From Mobula hypostoma (taxonomy: Eukaryota), in contig NC_086097.1 of assembly GCF_963921235.1 (NCBI RefSeq), positions 192,264,001-192,328,000 on the forward strand: a DNA stretch of 64,000 nt. Reading direction: 5' to 3'. The notes beneath the pieces were generated by a model, which saw only the letters and a list, made by a program, of their open reading frames with translations, ran no database searches and was not told the origin of the DNA. Positions 52,130-64,000 of the stretch are shown one piece after another. The translations under genes were made by a program, and so were the position numbers. Each line of letters starts with the position of its first letter. Within the stretch, counting starts at the first letter, position 1.

Positions 52130-53806
52130 TTGTATCCCTGGTCAGATGTTTAGACTGAAGAAATGTGGAAGAAAAAGAAGGAAACTTATTCCTGGTTAGA
52201 CTTCAAGGATGATAAACTTGGGTGTAAAGTATGTGCAAACAAAAGCAATCTGACATTTTTTACTTCTAAGGCTTTGAGGCTGTCAAATGAATGGCAGATG
52301 TACCAAGCAAGTATCCTATGATGGAGCCAATCGCACTACATGCTTGAAGTCTCTCAGAAAATAAATTGTTGATCACAAACTATCAAAAGCTCACACTGCT
52401 GCTCTAAGTGTTGAAAATATAGCTAGTGAAGATGCTCTTGGAAAATTATGTGACACCATGAATGCTTCGCATCTAAAGGCAACTTGTTCAATTTTTTGTT
52501 CTGCATATTATGTAGCTCAGAATGACAGACCATACTCTGATCACTTTGGTTTACCGGAACTTCAAAAAAAAAACGGTATTGACATTGGAATTGGACTGCA
52601 TTCCCGCACTAGAGCTACAGAGATAATTAATCACATAACTATTAATATGAAAAAGAACATTTGCCAGCATATCAAGCAGATAAATGGCAAATTTTCTGTT
52701 CTCATTGATGAATCAACAAGCCTGAGCATTAAGACCGCCCTAGTGGTTTATTTAAAATGTGAAAGTGATAAGGAAGGGATCTCCATTTTATGTTTTTAGA
52801 TCTAATTGAACTGTCTGATCAAAAAGCTGCAACTATTGCTAAGCATCTATTGAACTGTCTCAATAACCATGGGTTTGATGACTCTTAATTGAAACAGAAC
52901 CTTGTAGCATTTGCTAGTGATGGAGCAAACGTAATGCTTGGTGTCAAATCTGGTGTTGCTACAAACCTCAAGGAACATTACCCTGATGTGATAATTTTGC
53001 ACTGCCTTAATCACAGATTAGAACCTGCAGTGGGTGATTTGGTGAGAGAAGTTCATGGAATAAATCATTTTCAATCATTTATGGACAATTTATACTCTGT
53101 TTACAGTAGATCACCTCTAAACCAAAAGGAACTGTCGGAATGTGCCTCTCAACTAGAACAACAAATTTGCAAAATAGACCTTGTTCTGGGCACTAGGTGG
53201 GTAGCTAACTCGTTTTGAACAGTGTGGCAAAATTATGAAGCACTGTGTTTTCATTTTATAACCTTAAAAACAATTTGCAGCACCATACGTTCACAGCAAC
53301 ATCCTTGAAAGGTTCTCAAACTTCTAATCCTCACAGTATCTATAAATCCCTGCTAAATGAAATGTGTGTCCTTGATAAAGATAACTGGCCAGCTGAAATA
53401 TCGCCTTATTATGGAGAAGCTGCAATAACATCTCTCTGTAAGAGGTTTAAGCTTTCTTTTTCTTCTGTAATAAAATGCCTTCAGAGATTATGTGGAGGAT
53501 CGTGGATGCTGCATCCCCCAAGATTTACACCGATTACTGATCTGTTCACAAGTTATTCCTATTAATACTGCTGAGTGTGAGAGAGGATTCAGTCACTTGA
53601 ACTTGATAATAACAACAACACACTCCAGAATTCTCATAAATCATATATTATCACTTATTTTTGTTAAACTACATGGACCTCCTATAGTTCAGTGGAATCC
53701 TGAGCCGTATGTCACATCATGGCTGCGGTACCACAAATCAGCAGATGACACCAGGACAAGAGTTGCTTCAGACCGCCGAACACATATTACGCCTGGCCCT
53801 TTGTAG
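52130..53806 (+). pseudogene. hAT transposase pseudogene (ZNF862/KIAA1586-like)
   Basis: 'FSVLIDEST', 'FASDGANVMLG', 'HCLNHRLE', 'LGTRWV' and 'INTAECERGFS' across several frames. Confidence 0.85.
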
Positions 53807-54519
53807 AAATTATTGTGAAACTTCTCATTGGTGGTATTTGGTAAGTAGGCAATTACTTTTAAATTGTTAAAGTACATGATAACTGACTTTTTCTTTATTT
53901 GCCTGATAATTATATTTTATGATTAGTGAGTGCAATCATGTAATACTTCGTCATACTATTAAATTAAGTATTATATGTTTTATTGTACCAGCTATACACT
54001 GAAATGTAGTGATAGGCTATAATCTTGTTAATGTCTTAACTATCACTATATTTCTGTGGAGATCTGGAATTCGTATACTTCTTTCATCTTGGTTTAGTGC
54101 TTGACATTATAAGAAGCCTTATTCATATATACATGAATGGGGCAAGGAAGTTGCCCAGTACATGAAATGAGCAGGTATGCAAATTGGGTGTGACATATAT
54201 ATAGAGACGATATAGGAAATGACAAGCATTTTGTCACCTCTGGCACCTAAAAAATTAGCACTGCACCCCTGTCAGAGGACTATACTTCCAGAGATAATTG
54301 ACAGAAATGTATCCCTGTAGTTACCTCTAAAATCCCAGCAGATGATCTCCAGATTCAGTGGTTTTGGGTGTTTTAATCCCATTAATTGCTCCAGTACTGT
54401 TTCTTTACCAGTCTAACTTCATCACTGTTCTCACTAGACGTACTACTCGCCCCAATTACCAATTTGGTTCTGCTACTGTTGAAGATGGGTAAAGTATTTG
54501 GTTAAATATTCTGCTTTGA

Positions 54520-56458
54520 CCTACAATCAAGAAGCAAGCTGGGTTAGGGAGGAAAGAATGCACTCACACAATTGGAAAAAATCCAAATACCTGAAGTTAC
54601 AATGCATCTGCTGAAAGTGGTTATAAAAATGCAACAGGAAAAGTACCAGCAGTGATAATATACACAATTATTGGTGTAAAAAGTTTACTTGTTTTCATCC
54701 ATACCTGATAACACATATCAACGACTTTCTTTAAAATCCTGAAACTGTGCCTAGATTTTCACCAGAAGGTAAAACATATCTCTCATCTAAAGGGGAAATC
54801 GCAAATAACCCATCAAAATAGCATCTTATTACTTGTTTACAAAATATATTTGAAATTGTAATATCATGCATCTCACAACTAATCACCACTCAGAAAGGAT
54901 GCTGTAGGGGTTAATAGGTACATGGAACGTCAGAGAAATGTATACAATATACATCCTGAAATTCTAGGTATGAAAAGATGTAAACAACAACTGATAATAG
55001 ATTCGTTAATTCTAAGTCAAGCCTGAAGGAAAAGCAGAAATCTTTCTTGTGGTTATATTGACTACCAAAATGTATTTGATCTTGTTCCACATGCATGGTT
55101 AATAGAAGTTCTTAATCTATATAATCTGTACCCAGTACTTGTGAAATTCCTTCAACACCTGATGAAGCATTAGCGTACTATAATTACCTTATCTATTAAC
55201 AACCAAAAAAGTACTACCGCCATTATCAATAAATTTTCTAGGGTGAATCTTTAAGCCCACTATGGTTTTGTCTAGCTTTAAACCTGTACTCTAAGTTACT
55301 GAGTCAGATAAAAATTCGGTATCAAAACAGAAACAACCAAATGACTGACAGCTTGACACACCTTCTATAGATGGAGAATTTGAAATTATGTGCTCCTTCA
55401 GCAGTAAAGCTAAAGCAATTAATTTAAATAGTAGAACTATTTTTAAAAGATACAAACATGAACTTTGGACTGGATAAATCCAGGACATTAAACATAAAGA
55501 AAGGTGCAATAAAATATAAAACAGAGCAGTAGGATTCAACACAAATCATGGATGAATATGAAACATATAAGTATTTCGGATATCATCAAGCAAAGAAAAT
55601 AGATCATAGTGCGATAAAGGGAAAACCTTAGACAGAATTTACTTCAAGGTTTAGAAAAGTCTGCCAAGCAGAGCTACATAATAAAGATATAACAAAGGCA
55701 ATAAACACTTCTGCTCTACTTCTATTCGCATATTCTTTAGGCATGATATCTTGGTCCGAAATTGATCTTGAAAATTTACAAAAAAAAACTGAAATGGCAA
55801 ATTTTAGAAAACACTGTGTACACTTGCAAGCACTTAGATTAACACTACCTAGGACAGAAGGGGAAAGAGGAATAACAGACATAAAAATTTGCACAACAGT
55901 CAGATAAAACTTCTAAGAATATATTTTCGTAAACACAAACAGGAATCAGCACTCCATGTGAGCATATGCAACCCTGATAAGAAGAACACTAAACTTAAAA
56001 AAAGCACGACCCAGAAAAATGAAGACATTATCACTATTGAAGTAAAAGTTAACCAATGGAAAATAACCAGCTGGATAAAATATTACAGGATAAACAAGCA
56101 AGAACAACTTACTTAATAGATATAACCATTCCAAACATACATAACATACAGAAGTCAATAAGTGGAAAAGTAAAAAATAATATGATTTAAAGGAGGAAAT
56201 TGAAAGACAGTGGAACATGAACAGGGTATACATTGTTTCTATAGTAAATCTACAACTGGTATCATTCCAAAGTCACTACACAATAGCATTAAACAATTAG
56301 GGCTACACAGCAATATCTATGTAAATTGTAAGAAAGTCACAATACTAAATACCATTGAAATAGTCTGAAAGTTCCTAGCAATTGAGAAATGAGCATGCTT
56401 GGCTATGTCCATACATCAGGCTTTACCAGCTTGAGCTGAGGGAGAAAAATAATAATAA
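54520..56458 (+). mobile_element. R4/Dong-clade non-LTR retrotransposon remnant (RT plus restriction-like endonuclease)
   Basis: Remnants 'DNIHNYWCKKF', 'IDYQNVFDLVPHAWL', 'GESLSPLWFCLALN', 'RLTLPRTEGERG', 'LLIDITIP', 'DLKEEIERQW', 'STTGIIPKSL'; ends in (TAA)n. Confidence 0.8.
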
Positions 56459-57085
56459 CTTTATTTATGTAGCACCTTTCAGACATTAAGCTGCAGGTCA
56501 AAGTATTTTACATAGACTGTATAGATTACATAGATTTTACATAGATAATAAATATAGTCATAAAGTACAAGACAAAATTAAAAACCAGAAGTGAAGACTA
56601 GCATTTTACAGAATAAAATGTATTTGAACATTTCACATTATGTAAACGTAGTCAACACCAACAGGCATTAAGTAATCCGATAAATAGGTCAAATTAAAAA
56701 TTTAGATTTTTAGAAGTGTTTTGAAACATTCTACAGTACTAGTCTGGTGAATCTCAGTTGGTAGAGTGTTCCATATTTTCGGTGCATAAAAGCAAAAGGC
56801 TGCATCACCAGTTCTGATACGCTTAGCTCTAAGGACACCATGTAAACCACAATATTAACAGATCTAACATCACGATGAGAGTTGTAAGCTGATAGTCATT
56901 CCAAAACACATGGAGGAACTAGATTATTTGGAGCCTTATACACATTTAAGGATATTTTAAAATTGATCCTAAAGGACACAGGTAGCCAGTGTTATGATGC
57001 AAAAACTGGTGAAATGTGCTCAGCAACACACATCTAAGTTGCTGGTGAACGCAGCAGGCCAGGCAGCATCTCTAGGAAGAGGTAC

Positions 57086-57121
57086 AGTCGACGTTTCAGG
57101 CCGAGACCCTTCGTCAGGACT
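57086..57121 (-). ncRNA. Minimal type I hammerhead ribozyme motif, inverted copy
   Basis: Reverse complement reads AGTC-CTGACGA-AGGGTCTCGGCCT-GAAA-C-GTC^GACT. Confidence 0.75.
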
Positions 57122-57464
57122 AACTGAAGGAAGAGTTAGTAAGAGATTTGAAAGTGGGAGGGGGAGGGGGAGATCCAAAATGATAGGAGAAGACAGGAGG
57201 GGGAGGGATGGAGCCAAGAGCTGGACAGGTGATTGGCAAAGGGGATATGAGAGAATCATGGAACAGGAGGTCCGGGGAGAAAGACGGGGGGGGGGGAACC
57301 CAGAGGATGGGCAAGGGGTATAGTCAGAGGGACAGAAGGAGAAAAAGGAGAGAGAGAGAAAGAATGTGTGTATATAAATAAATAACAGATGGGGTACGAT
57401 GGGGAGGTGGGGCATTAGCGGAAGTTTGAGAAGTCAATGTTCCGCTAATGACATGAAGTTAGAG

Positions 57465-57500
57465 AGTCCTGACGAAGGGTCTTGGCCTGAAACGTCGACT
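57465..57500 (+). ncRNA. Minimal type I hammerhead ribozyme motif
   Basis: AGTC-CTGACGA-aggGTCTTGGcct-GAAA-C-GTC^GACT: stem I AGTC/GACT, conserved boxes, palindromic ACGT in place of stem III. Confidence 0.75.
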
Positions 57501-58493
57501 GTACCTCTTCCTAGAGATGCTGCCTGGCCTGCTGCGTTCACCAGCAACTTTGATGTGTGTTGCTTGAATTTCCAGCATCTGCAGAATTCCTGTTGTTTGT
57601 GAAATGTGCTCAGGTTTTCTTTATTCTGTACGAAACTTGCTCCTGTATTTTGAACAATCTGAAGTCGATATATATCTTTCATAGGCAGTCGTGAAAAAAG
57701 TGCATTAGAGTAGTCTAATTCACTAAAAATAAAAGTATATATCAATTTCTCTGCATCTTGAGGTGTTAAAAGAAATTGAACTCTTACAATATTCCTGAAA
57801 TGAAAAAACACAGTTTTAATAATATAGTGTAGCGATGTGCTACACACAGCTAGAAATAATGACACACAGTCTGCATGTTGCACTCGAGACTAGTTTATTC
57901 AAACTTCGCGGCACTGGCTTTTACGCAGTTCCGTTCCCACCCTCTCTGGGTGGAAATGACGTCAGAGGTGCATTACAAAGATCTCTTCCCGCGCATGGGC
58001 TTTCTCCCCTTGCTGGTGAAGAAGAAGGCACAGTGCCATTTTGAGGTTGGCCTCTCTGCCAATGTGCGCACCATTTTGTGAGCTGGTTCGCCTGTGTAGA
58101 AAGTGGGTCACCACATAACTCCCCCCCAGAACCGGCGATACACCTCCAAATGTCCACAGTCTGGATCAGTCTCTGTACGGGCAGTCTGCCTCTGCGCCGT
58201 GGTGCCTGAAGCTTAACCAGCTGCGCCAAGTCCACATGGTCCGGTTTGAGTCGGTTCACCGTGAAAACCTCCTCTTTCCCCCCAATGTCCAGAATGTACG
58301 TGGACCCGTTGTTCCTGATAACCTTGAACGGCCCCTTGTACGGCCGCTATAGTGGTGCCCAGTGTGCACCCCTTCATACAAATACAAACTTACAGTTCTG
58401 CAAGTCTTTGGGTAACCAGGTCGGGATCTGTCCATGCTGTGAAGTCAGTACGGGGACCAGTTGCCGAGCATTTCGCGTAGTCTCTCTAGGACT

Positions 58494-59785
58494 ACATGGA
58501 CTACAGACAAATGGATTTGTGCGTGGAACGTCATGTTTGACAAATCTTACAGAATTTTTTGAAGAGGTTACTAGCAAAGTTGATGAGGGTAAAGTGGTGG
58601 ATGTTGTCTATATGGACTTTAGAAAGGCCTTTGACATGTTTCCACATGGAAGGTTAGTTAGGAAAGTTCAATAGTTAGGTATTAATATTGAAGTAGTAAA
58701 ATGGATTCAGCAGTGGCTGGATGGGAGACGCCAGAGAGTAGTGGTGGATAACTTTTGTCAGATTGGAGGCTGGTGACTAGTGGTGTGCCTCAGGGATCTG
58801 TACTGGGTCCAATGTCATTTGTCATATACATTAATGATCTGGATGATGGGGTGGTAAATTGGATGAGTAAGTATGCAGATGATACTAAGATAGGTGAAGT
58901 TGTGGATAATGAAGCAGGTTTTCAAATCATGCAGGGAGATTTAGGCCAGTTAGAAGAGTGGGCTGAAAGATGGCAGATGGAGTTTAATGCTGATAAATGT
59001 GAGGTGCTACATTTTGGTAGGACTAATCGAAATAGGACATACATGGTAAATGGTAGGGCATTGAAGAATGCAGTAGAACAGAGGGATCTAGGAATAATGG
59101 TGCATAGTTCCCTGAAGGTGGAATCTCATGTGGATAGGGTGGTGAAGAAAGCTTTTAGTATGCTGGCCTTTATGAATCAGAGCATTGAGTATAGGATTTG
59201 GGATGTAATGTTGAAATTCTGCAAGGCATTGGTGAAGCCAAATTTGGAGTATTGTGTACAGTTTTGGTCACCAAATTATAGGAAAGATGTAAACAAAATA
59301 GAAAGAGTACAGAGAAGATTTACTAGAATGTTACCTGGGTTTCATCACCTAAGTTACAGAGAAAGGTTGAACAAGTTGGGTCTTTGTTCTTTGGAATGTA
59401 AAAGGTTGAGGGGGGACTTGATAGAGGTATTTAAAATTATGAGGGGGATAGATAGAGTTGACGTGGATAGGCTTTTTCCATTGAGAGTGGGGGAGATTCA
59501 AACAAGAGGACATGAGTTGAGAGTTAAAGGGCAAAAGTTTAGGGGTAACATGAGGGGGACCCTCTCTACTCAGAGAGTGGTAGCTGTGTGGATCAAGCTT
59601 CCAGCAGAAGTGGTTGAGGCGGGTTCGATGTTGTCATTTAAAGCTAAATTGGACAGCTATATGGACAGGAAGGGAATGGAAGCTTATGGGCTGAGTACCT
59701 GTTGGTGGGACTAGGTGAGAGTAAGAGTTTGGCATGGACTAGAATGGCCGAGATGGCCTGTTTCTGTGCTGTTATATGGTTATAT
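58494..59785 (+). mobile_element. 5'-truncated CR1 inserted in the Gypsy integrase; 319-aa open RT C-terminal frame (58755-59714)
   Basis: GVPQGSVLGP and YADDTK motifs; GGACT repeated at both junctions (58489-58493, 59786-59790); (GTTATATG) tail. Confidence 0.92.
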
Positions 59786-60010
59786 GGACTGCTGCGGGTT
59801 CTTCCTCTTGCCCCCTTGGGGCTGGCATGAACTCTCCTGGGACGACCAGGGGTGTATCGTACACCAGCTCGGCTGACGAGGAGTGCAGATCCTCTTTGGG
59901 CGCAGTGCAGATTCCAAGCAGGACCCAGGGAAGCTCATCCACCCAGGTAGGCCCTCTCAGGTGGGCCATAAGAGCCGACTTCAAGTGACGGTGGAAGTGT
60001 TCCACTCTTC

Positions 60011-61006
60011 TAGGGGTCGCCAACCCGTCAATCGTTATCGACCGGTCGATCTTTGAGACTTTCCCAGTAGATCCCAAAAAAATCAAAAATAAATACACAA
60101 GTACTGTTGTAATGTGAGCATTATATAAATAAGTAATACAAATTGGGATAATGGTAATATAGCAATACTTTTGCTACAAAGCTGTTTGTAAAGAGAGATT
60201 GTTCCCATGTTGCGGGGTTTTAGTTCTGTTCTTTCTGCCCAGTGCGCATGTATGTAGCACCCCCGGCATGACCTGTGTTTTCAGCGTAGCTTGTGCTGCA
60301 TCAAAGTGACCAATTAAATTAGATATGCAGTGGTCCACAACCACGAAGAATGCAGCGGTACAGCGGTAGTTGGAACGCACCCAGCACATCTTTAAGAAAA
60401 AAGCCGAAATAAACAAGTTAATTAATTAGGTGCCATCCGGCACGTAAATGTCGGCCCAGATCAGAGGCGATTGCGGATTGCAATTCATAAACGGATGGCA
60501 ATTACTATTGATGGGGCCCAAGCAATGTGCAGTGTACACGTTGGTTTTATAGCACTAAAAGTCAGTGCCTACTTTGGGTCAACTTAACTGTGTGAAATTG
60601 CATTTTCACAGATAAAAAATTATTAAATCGAAGTACAGGAGTTGTCTTACTGACAGACACCTCACAGACTGTCTCAGACTGGCTGTCTGTAGTTATGAGC
60701 CAAATTTCAGGGAACTAGCAGTAATCATCCCCAATCATCACACTGAGTGCAACAGTCAATTTTTATTCATTTATTTTTCGTGTTGAAATAAAATTTAAAA
60801 AATGAAACTTAGAATTAAAGGTGTAAAGTATTGTAACATTCTTAAAGAAAGATATGCTAGTTACAGTGTTTTCTTGTTTGAATTAATTTGGAAGTTTGAC
60901 AAAAGTATTTTGTGTAATTCAAATACAATTAGCTCAAATAAAAGACCTCAGATTGGTAGTATAATCGGAGCTGTTTTTTCTCTAAACGATTTAGTAGGTA
61001 GATCTT
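60011..61006 (+). mobile_element. Non-autonomous hAT (Charlie-like) remnant lacking its right TIR
   Basis: Left end TAGGGGTCGCCAAC; transposase C-terminal remnant 'FGST..CEIAFSQIKIIKSKYRSCLTDRHLTDCLRLAV' at ~60570-60720. Confidence 0.75.
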
Positions 61007-64000
61007 GGATAGCTGGTCTGGAGAGTGCCTCCGCCACGATGTTGTCCTTTCCCGAGACATGCTGGATGTCCGTCGTGTACTCGGAGATGTAGGACAGATG
61101 TTGCTGCTGGCAGGCCGACCTTCGTGAATGAGAAAGTCAACGGTTTGTAGTCCGTGAACGTGGTGAACGGCCTGCCTTCGAAGAAGTACCTGAAATGCCA
61201 GTTTGCCAGATATAGTGCCAACAGCTCCCGGTTGAAAGCACTGTACTTGAGTTCAGGTAGTCGTAGGTGCCTGTTGACGAATGCCAGGGGTTGCCAGCGC
61301 CCCTCGATGAGTTGCTCCAGCACCCCACCGACTGCTCTGTTGGATGCGTCCACTGTGAGGGCGGTTGGAACGTCCGTTCTGGGGTGCACCAGCATCGTGG
61401 CATCTGCCAAGGCTTCCTTGGCTTTAATGAAAGTGGCCACGGCCTCTTTGTCCCAAGTAATGTCTTTGCCTTTACCCGACATCAGGGTGAATGAAGGGCG
61501 CATGATACGGGCTGCTGAGTGGAAGAAGCGGTGATAAAAGTTCACCATACCCACGAATTCCTGCAGGCCTTTGACTATGTTGGGCCGGGCAAAGTGGCGG
61601 ATCGCGTCTACTTTGGCGGGCAGAGGTGTTGCCCTGTCTTTAGTAATCCTGTGGCCCAGGAAATTGATGGTGTTGAGTCTGAACTGGCATTTGGCCGGGT
61701 TGATCGTGAGGCCGAAATCACTCAGGCAGGACTAGAGGTGGTGGAGATGGGACAGATGCTCCTGACGACTACTGCTGGTTATGAGGATGTCGTCCAAATA
61801 GATGAATGCAAAGTCCAGGTCGCGACCCACCGCATCCATTAGCCGCTGGAACGTCTGTGCGGCATTCTTCAGGCCGAGCGGCATTCAAAGGAATTTGAAC
61901 AGGCCGAATGGGGTGATTAGTGCTGTTTTGGGGATGTCTTCAGGGTGTACCGGGATTTTATGGTATCCCTGGACGAGGTCTACTTTGAAAAATATGCTTG
62001 CCCCGTGCAGGTTTGCTTCAAAGTCCTGTATGTGCAGCACGGGGTAGCGGTCTAGAGTTGTAGCCTTGTTCAGTCTGTGGTAGTTGCCGCATGGTCTCCA
62101 GCCCTCGGCTGCTTTGGGCACCATGTGCAGGGGGGGAGGTCCATGGGCTGTTGGACCGCCGTACGATCCCCAATTCCTCCATCCTCTTGAACTCCTCCTT
62201 CGCCAGGCAGAGCTTGTCTGGGGGGAGCCTTCATGCGCGGGCATGGAGGGATGGTCCCTGTGTCGGAATGTGGTGCTGTACTCCGTGTCTGGGCATGGCT
62301 GCCGTGAACTGCAGTGCCAGAGCCGATGGAAAGTCTGCCAGGATTCTGGTGAATTTGTTTTCAGACATCGTGATGGAGTCCAGGTGTGGGGCCGACAACT
62401 TGTATTCACCCAGGGAGAACATCTGGAAAGTCTTGGCATAGACCAGTCTTTTCCCTTGCAAGTCAACCAGCAGGCTGTAGGTCCGCCCCCAGGAGTGGTT
62501 GGGCCACGGCGGCCAATGTGAAGTCCCATGTGAACCAGCTGGAGCTGAACTAGCTGCACTGTGCGGGTGCCGTAGGTCCGTATCATGCTGCCGTTTGCGG
62601 CCCTCAGGGAGGGTCCCGTCGCCCTGTTGTGGGTGTTGTACCCCGTCGGGGGTAAGATGCTGATTTACGCTCTGGTGTCGACCAGGAAGCGGCGTCCCTA
62701 CTGTTTGTCCCAGACGTACAAGAGGCTGTCCTGGTGGCCAGCTGCCATAGCCATTAGCGGCGGCTGGCCCTGTCATTTTCCGGGAACTTGCAGGACGGGC
62801 GACAACGGCGGGCTTCTATGCCTCACCGCTGATGGTAGAAACTGCTGTTGGGCACGTGGTGTGGTAATCTGTCCGACAGACACCCCACTCTCCCTCTTGG
62901 CTTTCCACAGCATGTCTGCCTGGGCCGCCACCTCCCGGGGTTTGCTGAAATCTGCGTCGGACAGCAGCAGGCGTATGTCCTCGGGCAGTTGCTCTAGGAA
63001 CACCTGCTCAAACATGAGGCAGGGTTTGTGTCCTTCAGCCAGGGCCAGCATCTCGTTCATTAATGCTGACGGCGGCCTGTCTCCCAAACCATCCAGGTGC
63101 ATTAAGTGGCGTGCTCGTTCGCGCCGTGAGAGTCCGAAAGTCCTTATGAGCAGGGCTTTGAATGCTGTGTATTTGCCGTCCTCCGGGGGCGACTGTATAA
63201 CCTCAACTTGTGCAGCAGTCTCCTGGTCAAGGGAGCTCAGCACGTAGTAGTAGCGAGTGGACTCCGAGGTTATCTGCCGAATGTGGAATTGTGCTTCTGC
63301 TTGTTCGAACCATAATTGAGATCGCAGCGTCCAGAAGCTTGGTAGTTTTAACAAAACTGCGTGAACAGATGCAGCGTCGGTCATCTCTGGTCCAAATATC
63401 ATTTGGGCCGTCGGGGTCACCAATTGCAGCGATGTGCTACACACAGCGCTAGAATAACCACACGGAGTCGATGAGTTAGAGTTGCGATGAAAGAGATTTA
63501 TTCAAACTTCGCGGCCCGCTTTAAAGCCTTCCCGTTCCCGCCCTCCTTGGGCGGGATTGCTGTGGGGAATGTATATTCCCAGACCCTTTCCGCGCGCAGG
63601 ATTTTCCCCCTGCTGGTGAAGATGGCCTGGCGCCCTTTTTGCTGCCGGCCCTCTGCCTGCGCGCGCTGTTGTGAGCCGGTTCGTGTGTGCCAGAAAGTGG
63701 GTCGCCACAGTCCCACTAAAAATGTAGAACTCTATGGAACTATTCATTCATAACCAAAGTTTTGAAATAAACCATGCAGTTTTAACTTTTAATCTTGTAT
63801 TTTATTGCCTGCTATTATCTTTGTGACCTAATGGTTAAATACAGCTAGGTATCCTTTAAGATTGGAGAGATTCTACCATCAGGTCTCCCTTGGCAGTTTG
63901 CTTGGTATGAATAAAGACCTCTTATAACTACAGTTCCGGACTCTGTGTGGATCTTTAAAAGTGAAAAGCTGTGGGGGTCTGAGGCGCAGAGGGATCAAGG

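Larger units (their letters stand above)
51432..54271 (+). mobile_element. hAT-superfamily DNA transposon with both TIRs
   Basis: TIRs TCGGGGTGCAGTGCT / AGCACTGCACCCCTG (13/15 match); flanks TCAGGGA and TCAGAGGA are a degenerate TSD; subterminal CTCTGGCACCT at both ends. Confidence 0.9.
57024..57598. mobile_element. Well-preserved Penelope-like element: truncated copy with an inverted pseudo-LTR
   Basis: ~98-bp inverted arms (57024-57121, 57465-57562); perfect 15-bp TSD GTGAAATGTGCTCAG (57009-57023, 57599-57613). Confidence 0.9.
56459..57827 (-). mobile_element. L2-clade LINE 3' fragment
   Basis: 'FFHFRNIVRV...DAEKLIYTFIFSELDYSNALFSRLP...LQIVQN', HWLPV and AAFCFYAPKIWNTLP remnants; tail GGTGCTACATAAATAAA. 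Confidence 0.85.
57828..63709 (-). mobile_element. Ty3/Gypsy LTR retrotransposon (CsRn1-like), decayed, with nested CR1 and hAT
   Basis: 5' LTR 63425-63709 followed by PBS TGGTGACCCCGACG (tRNA-Trp-type); gag 'KLPSFW...WFEQAEAQF'; PR LVDT; RT 'KVDLVQGYHKIP', YLDD; RNase H 'VDAS', 'RELLA'; IN 'VEHFHRHLKSAL', YKGPF; PPT and 3' LTR 57828-58115. Confidence 0.92.

Noticed and set aside
52130..53806. Host ZNF862/KIAA1586-like gene
   Set aside because: Multiple stops and frameshifts, and it is bounded by TIRs, so it is a dead transposon.
58755..59714. 319-aa ORF as a functional or domesticated RT gene
   Set aside because: It is the 3' part of a 5'-truncated CR1, with a stop and frameshift upstream; openness most likely reflects recent insertion.

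Overview
Eukaryotic, almost certainly vertebrate, non-coding DNA made mostly of nested, decayed transposable elements. The mix of CR1 LINEs with an SGNH-esterase ORF1, Rex1/Babar LINEs, V-SINEs and Penelope pseudo-LTRs suggests a cartilaginous fish (inference). No host exon, tRNA, rRNA or CRISPR array can be supported. Main contents: many CR1 and Rex1/Babar fragments; two Ty3/Gypsy proviral remnants (PNMA-type gag on +, 22.1-28.0 kb; tRNA-Trp-primed CsRn1-like on -, 57.8-63.7 kb), each with a candidate -1 frameshift signal; three solo LTRs with 5-bp TSDs; a hAT transposon with TIRs and a one-ended hAT remnant; an R4/Dong-like and an L2 remnant; Penelope-like pieces carrying minimal hammerhead ribozyme motifs; and a (TC)115 tract. 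The most unusual item is a TSD-flanked 2-kb Nimb/I-clade LINE that keeps ORF1 and its own 3' tail but has ORF2 replaced by a decayed coiled-coil-coding segment. Family calls come from motifs recognised by eye with no database search, and boundaries without a stated TSD are approximate.
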